Source: Squalus acanthias (lineage: Eukaryota). From it: DNA of 64,000 bases. Below, in pieces: positions 1 through 12,455 of this stretch (the stretch's first letter is position 1; the number at the start of each line of letters is the position of its first letter). The stretch covers positions 11,596,001 through 11,660,000 of the forward strand of contig CM059433.1 of NCBI GenBank assembly GCA_030390025.1. The letters are read 5' to 3'. The notes under the pieces are model-generated. The model saw nothing but the letters and a program-made list of their open reading frames with translations. It was not told the DNA's origin and searched no databases. The position numbers and the translations under genes were made by a program.

Positions 1-445
1 AAGCTAAAATAACAACAGAAAACGCTGGAAAAACTCAGCAGGCCAGGCAGCGTCCGTGGAGAGAGAAACAGAGTTAACGTTTCAGGTCGAAGACCTTTCA
101 TCAGAACTGGAAAAAAGCAGGAAATGAAATAGATTTAAAGCAAGTATAATGCTGGGAAAAGGGGGAGGGGATGAAAGAACAAAAGGGAAGGTTGGTGATA
201 GGATAGAAAGCGGGAGAGATTGAGAGACATTGAGAGACATTAAGAGATATTCAAGGCAAGAGGAGGTGGTAATGGGACAGGTTGAGGAACAAAGGATGGC
301 TCTAGATGAAGTGTGAATTGCGCTGGCAGAATGAAGGACAGCTGCCATGTGGGAGGGAAGAAAAAAAGGCCAAACAAAAGGGTGGATAAAAAAATAAAAT
401 AAAAATATATATATATGTGATGGGGGCCGGGGTTATGATCTTAAA
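1..445 (-). mobile_element. Penelope-like element 3' terminal fragment (family A) with hammerhead motif
   Basis: Same sequence as 49700-50095, 51370-51745 and 60565-60856. The copy at 52370-53215 is contiguous with a GIY-YIG-type C-terminus. Confidence 0.75.
72..108 (-). ncRNA. Minimal type I hammerhead ribozyme motif (family A)
   Basis: Minus strand reads AGTT-CTGATGA-A-AGGTC ttc GACCT-GAAA-CGTT-AACT: both core boxes, stem I AGTT/AACT, stem II, palindromic ACGT stem III. Confidence 0.75.
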
Positions 446-454
446 GCTAGCCTG

Positions 455-570
455 CACCTCTTACATTACAACAGTGACTACACTTCAAAAGTGCTTCATT
501 GGCTGTAAAGCGCTTTGGGACGTCCGGTGGTCGTGAAAGGCGCTATATAAATGCAAGTCTTTCTTTCTTA
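455..570 (+). mobile_element. DeuSINE (SacSINE1-like) 3' tail
   Basis: L2-type tail ggtcgtgaaaggcgctatataaatgcaagtctttctttc shared with fuller copies at 9737 and 11990. Confidence 0.7.
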
Positions 571-629
571 AAGGGGAGGTGCATTGTGGCTGCTGGTGGT
601 GCCGAGATCATTCTGAATATTGTGCTGTG

Positions 630-3600
630 GAAGAATTTTCCACAGCTCACCAGGGGAGAGAGCTGTGCCAAGGTTTTCGGATGCTGCACTGAAGGTCTTT
701 GGGGAAGAGGTGGAAAGAAGGAGAGATGTCCTGCATCCTCAGGGAGGCCAGAGGTCCTCCAGACACATGCTCAGAAGGCAGTGGTAACAGATAGCGGCAG
801 AGGTCAATGTCAGGAGTGTAGCCCCAAGGACCTGGATGCAGTGCAGGAAGAAGTTTAATGATCTCACACGAGTTGTCAAGGTCAGTGAGTGCATCTTCAA
901 ATGCCGTATCCTAACAACTGCACCACTAGCCTCATCCACTGCTCAATTCAATACAGCCCCATCATTCACCTACCAACAATCTCTATCTGTTGCAAACCTC
1001 GCACCCACATCTCACAGCTTGCACACACTTCCAGCTATTCAACCATGACAGCCACATCACCCAAACATATTGCACGACACTCACTGACACACTTACCTGT
1101 TTCTTGCAGGAGAAGGTGGCGCACAACAGGAGGCAGCAGGAATTAACGGGAGGGGAGAGATGACGCCTGCATGATTTAACCACCAAGGCGGAGACAGTGC
1201 TGGCCATTATGGGAAGGGCCATTGCCGAGGCCGAGGCCGTGGCCACCGGCAGGGCAGAAGCGATTGATGATGAGGGTATCCGCATACCTAATCCTCCTTC
1301 TCACATCCCACTTCTCCCTCATCCCTAACTCTCTTCTGACTTACAAGTCGCAGATGGTGTAAGCACGCACTTCTTGCTTCCTCCTCCCCCTCAGCACAAC
1401 CCAACCCTTGTCCACTTTTTCATTTCAGATGCTCAAGAACTGGAAGCTGCCGCAGCAGTGGAGGAGGAGCAGAAGACAGAGAAGATGAAGTGACACCATC
1501 ACTCGATTTCACAGTCGCAGCCACCAGCTCAGATACTGACACTGCTGTGTAATTTTGAGGATAGCTTAGAGGCGGGATCTGCATGTGGTGAGACACCGGG
1601 CACAAGTGCGCTGGAGCCAGGGCTGGGGGAAAGGATAGCGCAGGTGCCAGCTCACCAGAGGGCGAGGTCGCACACTAGTTCTGCTGCAGAGGACTCAGAT
1701 GAGGACTTCGATGGGCCAGGCGACAGAAGAAGGCTGATGGGTGTACACACCCAAATGCTTGGTGCACTGAGAAGCCTGCCGGAAAGCCTGCATTCAATGT
1801 CAAGGAGCATGGAGGAGCCGGGCACCAACTTGGGACAGGGCTTTGCACAGAGCTTGGAGCCATCCTTTCCAACATGGAACAGGTGGCCACCTCCATCAAC
1901 ACACCTGTGGAGCCAACCATGGTGCAGCGTCTGATGGCCGATGTCTTAGCTTCCATTGCAACACGAGCAGCATCCACCCAACGTCTGAGTGCTGCAGTGG
2001 AAGCTCAGACTGCTGTCATCATGGCTCTGGATATCAGTGTGCAAAGGGGCTTCCAGGACGTCACAGCACTCCAACAAGCTGTTCTCCAACAGATCACTAG
2101 GATTGCTGAGGCGCCGCCCCAGGGAGAGTGGCAGTAGTTCCTTGGAGCACAAACCTGCTGTCCTCTCTCAGGATGACAGCATTCGTGCTCCCACCCCTGC
2201 CACTCCACCAGTGCTCTTGCTGTTGCCTGTCAGCCAGCGCAAACTACTGCAGCTCAGGGCTAGATGGTGCAGTCTGCAGCCGGGCCTTCTCGGCCCAGAG
2301 ATGTTCGAGGTCACCCTCCAAGGCCATCTGCAGTCTCCCCCACTGAAAGTCATCAGCCTTCCACCAGCCATGCTGTAGCCACTGGGGAAGCACATAGTTG
2401 GAGCACTAGGGCAGGCAAAGGTACACGGAAGAGGCACTAAGGGAATACACATGGGTGATTAGTTTATTTTTGTATGCACTATGGCATGATTTAATTTATA
2501 AATTTGGATTGGAATATGAATTTTGTGTTGGCTTTTATTTTTTGCATTGTGGGAAAGAGGACGATGTGATGGTCAGTGGCAGAGGAGAGTCACGTAGAGC
2601 CTGGACAGAAGGGGCAGTCTGGGTTGCAGCCTCCCTTCCTCTTCCAGCTCCTCCTCTTCCTCCTCCTCCGCCTCCATCTCCGCTTCCCCCTCCTCCTCCT
2701 CGCAGCCTGCCCTGCCCTGCGTGGCCTCTGCGCATTCTCCCAGTCATGCTCAACGGCAAGAGAAAGCCCTCCTACGCCACCCATGTCTGGAAGCAACTTG
2801 TTTGTGCACAGGCCTTTAAGCCACCAGAAAAGTACTTCAGCACCAGCCAGACCACTCAATGTAGACTACTGAAACTTTAGACAAGTATGGAAAAGCACCC
2901 AAAATGCGTAGCATTGCAGCAACAGCCGGAAGAAATAATCCAGCAGCTAACATGTAAGTTTTTCTTTTATTCGTTTATGGGATGTGGGCGTCGCTGGCAA
3001 GGCCAGCATTTATTGCCCATCCCTAACTGCCCTTGAGAAGGTGGTGGTGAGCCGCCTTCTTGAACCGCTGCAGTTCGTGTGGTGAAGGTACTCCCACAGT
3101 GCTGTTAGGGAGGGAGTTTCAGGATTTTGATCCAGCGACGATGAAGGATCGGCGATATACTTCCAAGTCAGGATGGTGTGTGACTTGGAGGGGAACTTGG
3201 AGGTGGTGGTGTTCCCATGTGCCTGCTGCCTTTGTCCTTCTAGGTGGTAAAGGTTGTGGGTTTGGGAGGTGCTGCCGAAGAAGCCTTGGCGAGTTGCTGC
3301 AGTGCATCTTGTAGATGGTACACACTGCAGCCACGGTGCGCCGGTGGTGGAGGGAGTGAATGTTTAAGGTGGTGGATGGGGTGTTCATGATCCCTTTAAA
3401 TAGTGCTGGGGGGGCTCCTTCATGCCGTTTAATGTCATGTTCAGCTTTGTGAGGTAGGCTGGAACATGGAGCTCCAAAATGGCAGCACTGGCATCAAATC
3501 CATGTTAGATGCTGCTTGACGTCATGATCTGCCTGCTATGCATGCTGCCGGCGGTCGTTAGGTGCGCGCGCAATAACTCCTTGACAAATATGGCGTCCGA

Positions 3601-3721
3601 CGCACTTCCCGTTGGAAGTGTGCGTGTGCATCGCAGACGGCATTTTCATAGTTCAAGGGGCCTCATAGAGCGCCCCCCCCCCCAAAAAAAAACGGGCACT
3701 ACAGAGCCCAATTTTGCCCCC
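630..3721 (+). mobile_element. Decayed non-autonomous Harbinger with Myb pseudogene
   Basis: QCRKKFNDLTRVVK then donor at 881; exon 2 from 1110 (EKVAHNRRQQ, internal stop); exon 3 from 1429 homologous to 29987-31053; acidic transposase C-terminal remnant on minus near 2600-2720; right end aattttgccccc. Confidence 0.8.
2960..3385 (-). mobile_element. Non-LTR retrotransposon 3' fragment (second CR1-group family) nested in Harbinger remnant
   Basis: Near-identical to 4860-5285 and 22000-22420. Confidence 0.8.
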
Positions 3722-4496
3722 AGGGTCTCTGGGATTGTGTCAATAGTTGCGAGGGGTCTGCCACTGTGACAAATTTCAAAAAAGCACTGATGTAAAGAAG
3801 GACCGTTTGCCCAGAACACAGTCCCATCAGAACAAAGCTTAATTGGCGCTGGGGCGGGTGGCTTTTTAAATTTGTGCTCGAGCAAGCCTGATTAATCTGC
3901 ACCGCGTAGAGTTGAGGTCAGGAAGGGTCTGTCATTAGAAACAAGTCTTAATTTGCAGCTTTACTGTAAAGGGGGGTTTTAAAGAAGTGCATGCCCTCTC
4001 TGTCTCGACCTAAAAACAGCGTGAAGACAAAAACCGAATCTGAATTTCTAATGCCTTTTCACAATCTGACTGAGGTGACCTTTGCAAATTATCCATCATT
4101 TTTTTGCCCCTTTCCAGTTTTAAAAACGTGCTAACGAGTTACTAAACCCATTACTTCTTAGTGCTGGTAATTAGGATATTTGCACTGCACCTATTCATTG
4201 TTCCCGCCCCTCCTTATTTTGGTCAGTGTACATCAGTTCTGATGAAAGGTCTACAGACAAAATGTTAACCTATCTTTTTCCTTTTACAGGTGCTAATGGA
4301 CTTGCTGTTTCTTTCCACAGCATTTTCAGTTATGTTATGAATTTTGAATTATTATTCTAGAAATGTTTTTCATTAAAGAAACATATATTGAATCTCAGCA
4401 ATTTTCACAACAACAAATAACAGCAGATGTTTTCAATATTTGCAAGTAATTTACAACGTAGATCAGTTTTTGAAATCAGATGAGCCCTTGTAGTAG

Positions 4497-5287
4497 GTAA
4501 CATTCGTGCCACACAAGTGCCAGGCAATGACTATCTCCAACAAGCGAGGGTCTAACCACCGCCCCTTGACATTCAAAGGCATTACCATCGCCGAATCCCC
4601 CACCATCAACATCCTGGGGGTCACCATGGACCAGAAACTTAACTGGACCAGCCACATAAACACTGTGGCAACAAGAGCAGGTCAGAGGCTGGGTATTTTG
4701 CGGTGAGTGTCTCACCTCCTGACTCCCCAAAACCTTTCCACCATCTATAAGGCACAAGTCAGGAGTATAATGGAATACTCTCCACTTGCCTGGATGAGTG
4801 CAGCTCCAACAACACTCAAGAAGCTCGACACCATCCAGGAGAAAGAAGCCTGCTTGATTGGCACCCCATCCACCACCTTAAACATTCACTCCCTCCACCA
4901 CCGGTGCACTGTGGCTGCAGTGGGTACCATCTACAAGATGCACTGCAGCAACTCGCCAAGGCTTCTTCGGCAGCACCTCCCAAACCCGCGACCTCTTCCA
5001 CCTAGAAGGACAAGGGCAGCAGGCGCATGGGAACACCACCACCTCCAAGTTCCCCTCCAAGTCACACACCATCCTGACTTGGAAGTATATCGCCGATCCT
5101 TCATCGTCACTGGGTCAAAATCCTGGAACTCCCTCCCTAACAGCACTGTGGGAGTGCCTTCAACACACGGACTGCAGCGGTTCAAGAAGGTGGCTCACCA
5201 CCACCTTCTCAAGGGCAACTAGGGATGGACAATAAGTGCTGGCCTTGCCAGCGACGCCCACATCCCATAAACGAATTAAAAAAAAAG
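4497..5287 (+). mobile_element. Non-LTR retrotransposon 3' fragment (CR1-group RT C-terminus)
   Basis: ILGVTMDQKLNWTSHI...YKAQVRSIMEYSPLAW...SWNSLP, ending in an A-rich tail. Confidence 0.85.
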
Positions 5288-5320
5288 TAATGCAATAGTA
5301 TTTTTTTAAAAGATAACAAA

Positions 5321-6062
5321 GGGCCGAAAATTGATCCCGGGACGCGAGAGTACGCACTGCGTACTCTCGCGTATTCCCACTCCAATTGCCGGTTTTCTGC
5401 ATGCCCTGCGCATGCGCTGAAAACCGGCAATTGCTCTTCTGAAAAGGGGGCGGGTCTCGGTGCATCGCGTGCGCGCTACAGGCTGCGCGCACGCTGTGCA
5501 CTTCATGCTTTGGACGCGCAGGTAAGTACGGAAGATTTTGGAAATGTAAAAAGGAGGAGTAAGACCCACTTTTAAGAAGGTAAGTAGTGAATTAAGTATT
5601 TTTTTGAATTTTTTTTAACAGGTATATCTTTTTTAGCGACTTTAAAGACAGGTAAGTTTATTTTTATAACTTTTTAAAGGATTTTAAATTTTTTCAAAAA
5701 TTTAATTTTTTATTTAAAATGGTTAATTTAATTAACTATACTTATTTTATTAATGTGATGGTTTTTTTTTTAATTTAATTGAGGTTTAGCTGTTATTTTG
5801 GGGGGGTGTAAGATTCATAGATTTCACATCCGTGCTGTGAAACTAATGAATGGAAGATGGTGTGCTGCCATTGGCTCTAACTGAGTCACGTGATCCCACA
5901 GCTCGCACGAATTCACTACGCTGCTGGGATACGCAAGCACTGCCCAGCTGATCTCTAGAACATGAAGTTCGTGCGAGCTGGATCTGAAAAAGCACAAGCG
6001 AGGTGAGAGATCGCGGGAAAGCCTTACCCCCGCGGGAACAGAGCGAGATCAATTTCTGGGCC
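5321..6062. mobile_element. Harbinger-like MITE
   Basis: Imperfect TIRs gggccgaaaattgatc / gatcaatttctgggcc. Confidence 0.6.
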
Positions 6063-6334
6063 AATCTGTTTTAATTCATTTCAAAAGCTACTGCACAGAG
6101 AAGAGGTTACCATGGAAACGCACAGCAGATAACTTTAGCTGACCCGATAGAGTAGCAGTTGAAAGCATAGGCTTGGAATTTCCTGCCACGGCGACGTTGG
6201 CAACAAATGCCATAAGTTAATCCGCTGCGTACCCCGATCCTCCAGTGCCGACAATACCCCAAAATTTACTGGGAAACGGATGCGAATACGGCGCCGCAAG
6301 GATAGCAGCAAATCAAGGAGCTCAGAATACCGCT

Positions 6335-6785
6335 TCAAAGTATTCTTGTACTCAATGACAAAAATTTTGACACCGAGCCAAATAAGGAGAAATTAGGGCT
6401 GGTGACCAAAAGCTTGGTCAAAGAGGTAGGTTTTAAGGAGCGTCTTAAAGGAGGAAAAAGAGGAAAGAGAGGTAGCGAGGCGGAGAGGTTTAGGCAGCGA
6501 ATTCCAGAGCTTCCAGGCAACAGAAGGCACAGCCATCAATGGTTGAGCGATTATAATCAGAGATGCTCAAGAGGGCAGAATTTGAGGAGTGCAGATATCT
6601 CAGGGGGTTGTGGGGCTGAAGGAGATTACAGAGATAGGGAGGGGCGAGGCCATGGAGGGATTTGAAAACAAGGATGAGAATTTTGAAATCGAGGCGCTGC
6701 TTAACCGGGAGCCAATGTGGGTCAGCGAGCACAGGGGTGATGGGCGAACCGGACTTGGTGCGAGTTAGGACACGGGCAGCCGAGC
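6335..6785 (-). mobile_element. L2 LINE 3' fragment
   Basis: SAARVLTRTK..PITPVLA..HWLPVKQRLDFKIL...LHGLAPPYL is the typical L2 ORF2 C-terminus. Confidence 0.85.
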
Positions 6786-7239
6786 ACCAGTATGTTCTTC
6801 TCTTGAAGGAGCACTGGCAATAGTGGAAATGTGCGCAGCAATCTGTCAACCCTGGAATGTTTGGGCCTGTGAAAAATGCAGGAGCGCTTTCTTCTCCCAT
6901 ATTGGATTTAGTAGTTACCAGCGTAATCAGTGAGACTGATTCTCTTTACAACAAGGGTCATCATTTTTGAGTACGAAAGACTACACCCCCTGCTTTGCAT
7001 TTTGTCCCCACTGAACTTCATTTGCCAGTAATCAGCTCAAGTACAAACTTTGTCAAGCGCTCTTTGCAAATCATGGCTACCTCCTCTGATTCAACTGTGC
7101 ACCCTACTTGTTGTCTTCTGCAAATGTAACTGATTTACATTTGAGACCGCCATTCCAGATCATCGTGTAAACCAAAAACAGGAGTGCCAGCAAGGACCCC
7201 TGGGACACCCTACTCCATACCTCTCCTGATGCCGTTGCA

Positions 7240-8710
7240 CAATGGATATAGGCCGGTTAAGTGGTTGGACAAGAAGGTAGCAGATGGTGTATAATGTGGG
7301 CAAGTGTGAAATTATCCACTTTGGTCGGAAGAATGGAAAAGCAGAATATTTTTTAAAAGATGAGGGACTAGTAAATGTTGGTGTTCAGAGGGATTTAGGG
7401 TGTCCTTCTACACAAATCACAGAAAGTTAACATGCAGGTAGAGCAAGCAATTAGGAAGACAAATGGTATGTTGGCCTTAATTGCAAGGGGGTTGGAGCAT
7501 AAGAGTAAGTAAATCTCGCTGCAAATATATCGGGCCCTGGTGAGACCACACCTGGAGTATTGTGTACAGTTTTGGTCTCCTTACCTAAGGAAGGATATAC
7601 TTGCCTTAGATGGTGTGCAACGAAGGTTCACTTATTGATTCCTGGGATGAAAGGGCAGATTGAGCAGAACGGGCCTATATTCTCTGGAGTTTAGAAGAAT
7701 GAGAAATCATCTCATTGAAATGTATAAAATTCTTAGAGGGAAATATTCGGTTGCTTTGCGCCTCCCGTTAGCGCCCCGCGGTGCTGCGCCACCAGCGATG
7801 ACGTCATCGCCGTGTGCAACGCCCCTCTCTCGCTCAGGCCACGATCTTCGGGAGCGCCCCCTGACTTACTGCCAGACGCTATGTCCGACAGGGTCAGGGG
7901 GGGCCTAGCTGCGGCCGGGGGGGGCGCTAATTAAAGGCGAGGTGCCGGGCGGCCATTTTTGTTGCTGGCCGCCTGCCAGCACCTGCCTCCATTGCCGTCC
8001 CTGGCCTCCTGAGCACCCCCCCACTGCGGAATGCCGGCTGCGCTCCATGAGCCCAGCACTTCTCTTGAGTGCCGGGCTCTTTTGCCGGCACTCCGATCCC
8101 CGGGGGCCCAGCTGGGCCCCGGGTCGCGCTGCGCAAGGCCCCTCCCCTTTAAGAAGGGGAGTAAGGCCTGCAATACCGCGGCACGTAGCGTCGCGATATT
8201 CCCTTCCAGTAGCGCCCCGCTTCCCTCTTGGGGCGCTACCAATGAATTTCGGCCACGGCGGCGCTAATTTTTTCGGGGCGCTAAAAGTAGCGAATAGGCG
8301 AAGTTCGCGCCCCATAGGGGGTGCGACTCAATTTTTCCCCCTTAGAGTGCTTGACAGGGTAGATGCTGAGAGGCTGTTTTCCTGGGCTGGGGAGTCTAGA
8401 ACTAGGGGTTACAGTCTCAGGATAAGGAGTCGGCCATTTAGGAGTGAGATGTGGACAAATTTCTTCACTCAAAGGGTTGAGAGTCTTTGGAATTCTCTAC
8501 CCCACAGGGCTGCGGATGCTCAGTTGATGAGTATATTCAAGACAGAGATCGATAGATTTTTGTGCACTAAGGGAATCGAGGGATCTGGGGATAGGGCGGG
8601 AAAGTGGAGATGAGGTAGAAGTTCAGCCATGATCTTATTGAATGGCGGAGCAGGCTCGGGGGGCCGTATGGCCTACTCCTGCTCCTATTTTTTATATTCT
8701 TATGTTCTTT
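7240..8710 (+). mobile_element. CR1 LINE 3' fragment interrupted by a MITE
   Basis: Homologous to 48500-49497; GLYSLEFRRMR and FFTQRV motifs; ttcttatg tail. Confidence 0.9.
7736..8341. mobile_element. Harbinger MITE with TTA TSD
   Basis: TTA at 7733-7735 and 8342-8344; TIRs gagggaaatatt / aatttttccccc; CR1 sequence rejoins across it; closely similar to 60882-61636. Confidence 0.9.
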
Positions 8711-8974
8711 CCCTTCAGCCAGATACTGATCCATCTCCATGTCTTATTCTTGACACTCACCAGGCTTATTTAAAAAAAAAGGAATCTCTCATGCATTACT
8801 TTTGTAAGTCAAGGTAAACTACTTCATATGACTCCCCTCCCAACCACTGTCAATTTGGATTATGACTTAATCAAAAGTCTATCAGGTGGTTCATAAGATC
8901 TACACCTTCTAAAGCCATTTATTAAGTTATTTTCATACAAAATATATCATGCATTTTGTTTCTAAGGTGTCAGC

Positions 8975-10290
8975 CTTGGCTCAGTGGTAGCACGCTCGCC
9001 TGCAACTCAGAAGGTTGTGGGTTCACGCCCCATCCTTGGGACTTGGGCACCTAATCCAGCTGACGTCTCATTGCTGCACTGAGGGAGCTGCCATTCTTCA
9101 TTTGAGGTGTTACAATGAGGCCCCATCTGCTCTTTGAGGTGGATGTAATAGATCCCATGGCAACCAACACCCCCAAAAACAGAGGACCTGATTTTAACTA
9201 GCCCCACCTGGCGGAAACCAGGCAGGGGAGCAGTTAAAATAACGCGAGTCATTTACCCCTTCCAATCCCGCTGCATTCCCTCCGTGTCCCGATATTAACC
9301 TACTCTTTCGAGCAGGCGAACAGGACACTTGCAGGAAGGAAGCGGGGTCTTACTTTAAATATGCAGATCAGGCCGGATGATGCAATTTCAAGGTGAGACC
9401 TGAGTGGTCAGACCGCCCACTAACTGCTGAGGAGCGTTCCCATGGGTCCCCGCCTGCCTGCGGCCTCCTACCGCAAGTTCCTGCTCCTCGCCCATCGGCC
9501 AGGCTTTAAATTTGGTCGGCTGTCGGGCGGGAGTCTGCAGCAGATTATTTAAATGAGGCTCTGCCATTAAGGTTGGCAGGGCCTCCAGGTTCCTGGCCTT
9601 GTCAGGTTTTCACCGCGCAACCGTGCTCCCCTCATCCTCCCCGCTTCCCTGTTAACATCAGGGCCAGGCTTTCTGGGGATTTATTTCATTGCAGTTTGTA
9701 GGGCCGTGCTGTGTGCAAATTGGCTGCCACGTTTAAGACTTGCATTTCTATAGCGCCTTTCACGACCACCGGACATCTCAAAGTGCTATACAGCCAATGA
9801 AGTACTTTTGGAGTGTAGTGCAGAATGTGGGAAACGCGGCAGCCAATTTGCGCACAGCAAGCTCCCACAAACAGCAATGTGGTAATGACCAGGTAATCTG
9901 TTTCTGTTATGTTGATTGAGGGATTAATATTGGCCCGGACACCAGGGATAACTCCCCTGCTCTTCTTCAAAATAGTGGCCATGGGATCTTATACGTCCAC
10001 CTGAGAGAGCGGACGGGGCCTCGGTTTAACGTCTCATCGAAAGACTGCACCTCCGACAGTGCAGCACTCCCTCAGCACTGCACTGGAGTGTCAGCCTAGC
10101 TTTATGTGCTCAAGGCGCTGGAGTGGGACTTGAACCCACAACCTTCTGACTCAGAGGCGAGGGTGCTACCCACTGAGCCACAACTTAAAACCGAGACTAT
10201 ACTTCAAAAGTACTTCATTGGCTGTGAAACATTTTGAGACGTCCTAAGCTCATGAAAGTCACTATATAAATGCAAATTCTTTCTTTCTTA
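8975..10290. mobile_element. Nested cluster: plus-strand DeuSINE split by a MITE (9184-9665) and a minus-strand DeuSINE (9737-10182)
   Basis: tRNA-like heads (tggctcagtgg A box, ggttca B box) and L2 tails; MITE TIRs ggacctgattttaac / gttaacatcagggcc. Confidence 0.75.
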
Positions 10291-10683
10291 ATTATTCATT
10301 GTGTTAGTTTTCTGATTATGGAGGTCAGACTAGCAGGCCTTTAACTGCCAGGTATAATTCTGTCACCCTTCTTGAATCCAAAAATATACATTTGCGTGTC
10401 TTTGGGCCTTCACATTGTGCACTGATTCCCTCAAAACAACTGTCAGATCTTAATTCTTCTCTTGCCTCTCTAAGTACCCTGGCATATCATTCATATGTCC
10501 CAGGAGATTTATTACTTTAAAGCCGCGCAAACCTATCAAGAATCTGTTTCTCCAATGCCACAGTCTGCGAGCACGGATGTCTTGTGTTTGATGTTGAATT
10601 CTGTGTTGTGTCAGTAACTGTTCCTCGAGAAGTGAATGTGAGTTGCAGTATGAAGACAGCTGAAGTCTTCTCTCAACGCATAA

Positions 10684-11940
10684 GGGCCAATTTTACGTCG
10701 CTCCACCTGGGTTTGACTGGGGACGTAGTGGCCCAAAAACCGCGGTGCTGAGCCTACACCCTTGTTCCTACCACAATTTTACTCGGGCCCTTCAGTAGAG
10801 CAGCCTAGATGCCCACCTGAAGCCTTATTAAAGTATTCAAATGGGATCCTATGGTGCTAGTAGAACCCCAATGCCATTATCAGTGGGAAAAACAGAACTA
10901 GCCTGCAGTGCCGGTCCCTCCCGGCATTTGGAAGCGCTATTCAAAGGGGCACTCACTTGCAAGTACTCCGATCATTGGAATCTGTTTCCAATTCACCTAG
11001 GTCAATTTCTTCATAGATACATAGAAACATAGAAACATAGGAGCAGGAGTAGGCCATTCGGCCCTTCGAGCCTGCTCCGCCATTCAATATGATCATGGCT
11101 GATCCTCTATCTCAATACCATATTCCCGCTCTCTCCCCATACCCCTTGATGCCTTCAGATGTTTCTGTGTTTGAAATTGCTGATTTTCTGATTTCTTCTG
11201 CTTCAAAACCTTCAAGAAGCCCAGGGTGGAACTGTACAGTGCTCAAGATGGAAGTCATCCTAGCCTCTCTATTCTGGTTGGGGGGTGAAGATTGGCAAGA
11301 AGAGCAGCATCTGCAGGTCAGGGAACCCCAGGGAGATGCCGGTGGGGCTCCGAGGAGACCACAAATGAGGAGGGCTTATCGCTGATGTCCTTACCCTGTC
11401 CAGAGTTCCCAACCTCCAGTTTTCTGAGGAGCGCTCCTCCAGGAAGACTGCCACAGGCCGTGCATTGCCTGGGCACGGCCCTTACTTTTTTCGCCTTGAG
11501 CTGTTTCTAGGCTGCAGTATCAGTCATATTAGTCAATCTGCAGTCCATGTATCGCGCAGGTCACTGACACCCTCTTTGCCAAGGCCTACCAATGGATGAT
11601 AACAGCCAGCAGGAAAGGACTGTAGGATTTTCTGCTGTACCAGTGTTTCCTCCAGTTCAGGCTGTGATTAACTGCATCCATGTGGCTATCAGCGCACCTC
11701 CCAATGAGCCATCTGAATCCCTGTTAGCTCACCAGTTGGTTCAACAATCAATTCCCACTGCTACTCCTGCAGCTAAACAAGCATTTCTACCTAGGGTACA
11801 TGAGGAAGCAATACATAGCATTTCAGAAGTTGCTAGACCACTTTAAAGCAGTTTAGGAAAGCGCACTGAACACTGACACCACATGCACTAGAACATCACA
11901 CGCAGTCAAATATCACAATTACTCATTCACTGAATAAAAT
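10684..11940 (+). pseudogene. Decayed Harbinger with transposase remnant
   Basis: QQERTVGFSAVPVFPPVQAVINCIHVAISAP aligns with KQHDRAMGFARVAGFPMVQGAIDCTHVALRAP of the intact transposase (catalytic D replaced by N). A CR1 tail is nested at about 11015-11155. Confidence 0.7.
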
Positions 11941-11989
11941 TACATCACTTGAAATATATCTTGGAGTCTGTCATGTGCTGAAGAGGAAA

Positions 11990-12455
11990 GAAAGACAGAA
12001 AGAAAGAAAGAAATTGCATTTCTATCGCACCTTTCAGGACCTCAGGACGTCCCAAAGTGCTTAACAGCCAATGAAGTACTGTTGAAGTGTAGTCACTGTT
12101 GTAATGTAGGAAACGCGGCAGCCACAGCAAGGTCCTTCAAACTGCAATGACATAATGACCAGATAATCTGTTATAGTGATATTGGTTGAGGAATGAATAT
12201 TGGCCAAGACACCGGGGAGAACTGCCATGCTTTTCTTTGAAATAGTGCCTTGAGATCTTTTACATCCACCTGAGAGGGCAGACGGGGTCTCGGTTTAACG
12301 TCTCATCTGAAAGATGGCACCTCCGACAGTGCAGCACTCCCTCAGCACTGCACTGGAGTGTCAGTATAGATTATGTGCTCAAGTCCCTGGAGTGGGATTT
12401 GAACCCACAACCTTCGAACGCAGAGGTGAGGGTGCTGCCACTGAGCCAAGGCTTA
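11990..12455 (-). mobile_element. DeuSINE (SacSINE1-like), near full length
   Basis: tRNA head at about 12390-12452, conserved body, (tttc)n L2 tail. Confidence 0.8.

Noticed and set aside
7942..8613. 223-aa ORF, and similarly 27600-28376
   Set aside because: Chance read-through from a GC-rich MITE into CR1 coding sequence.
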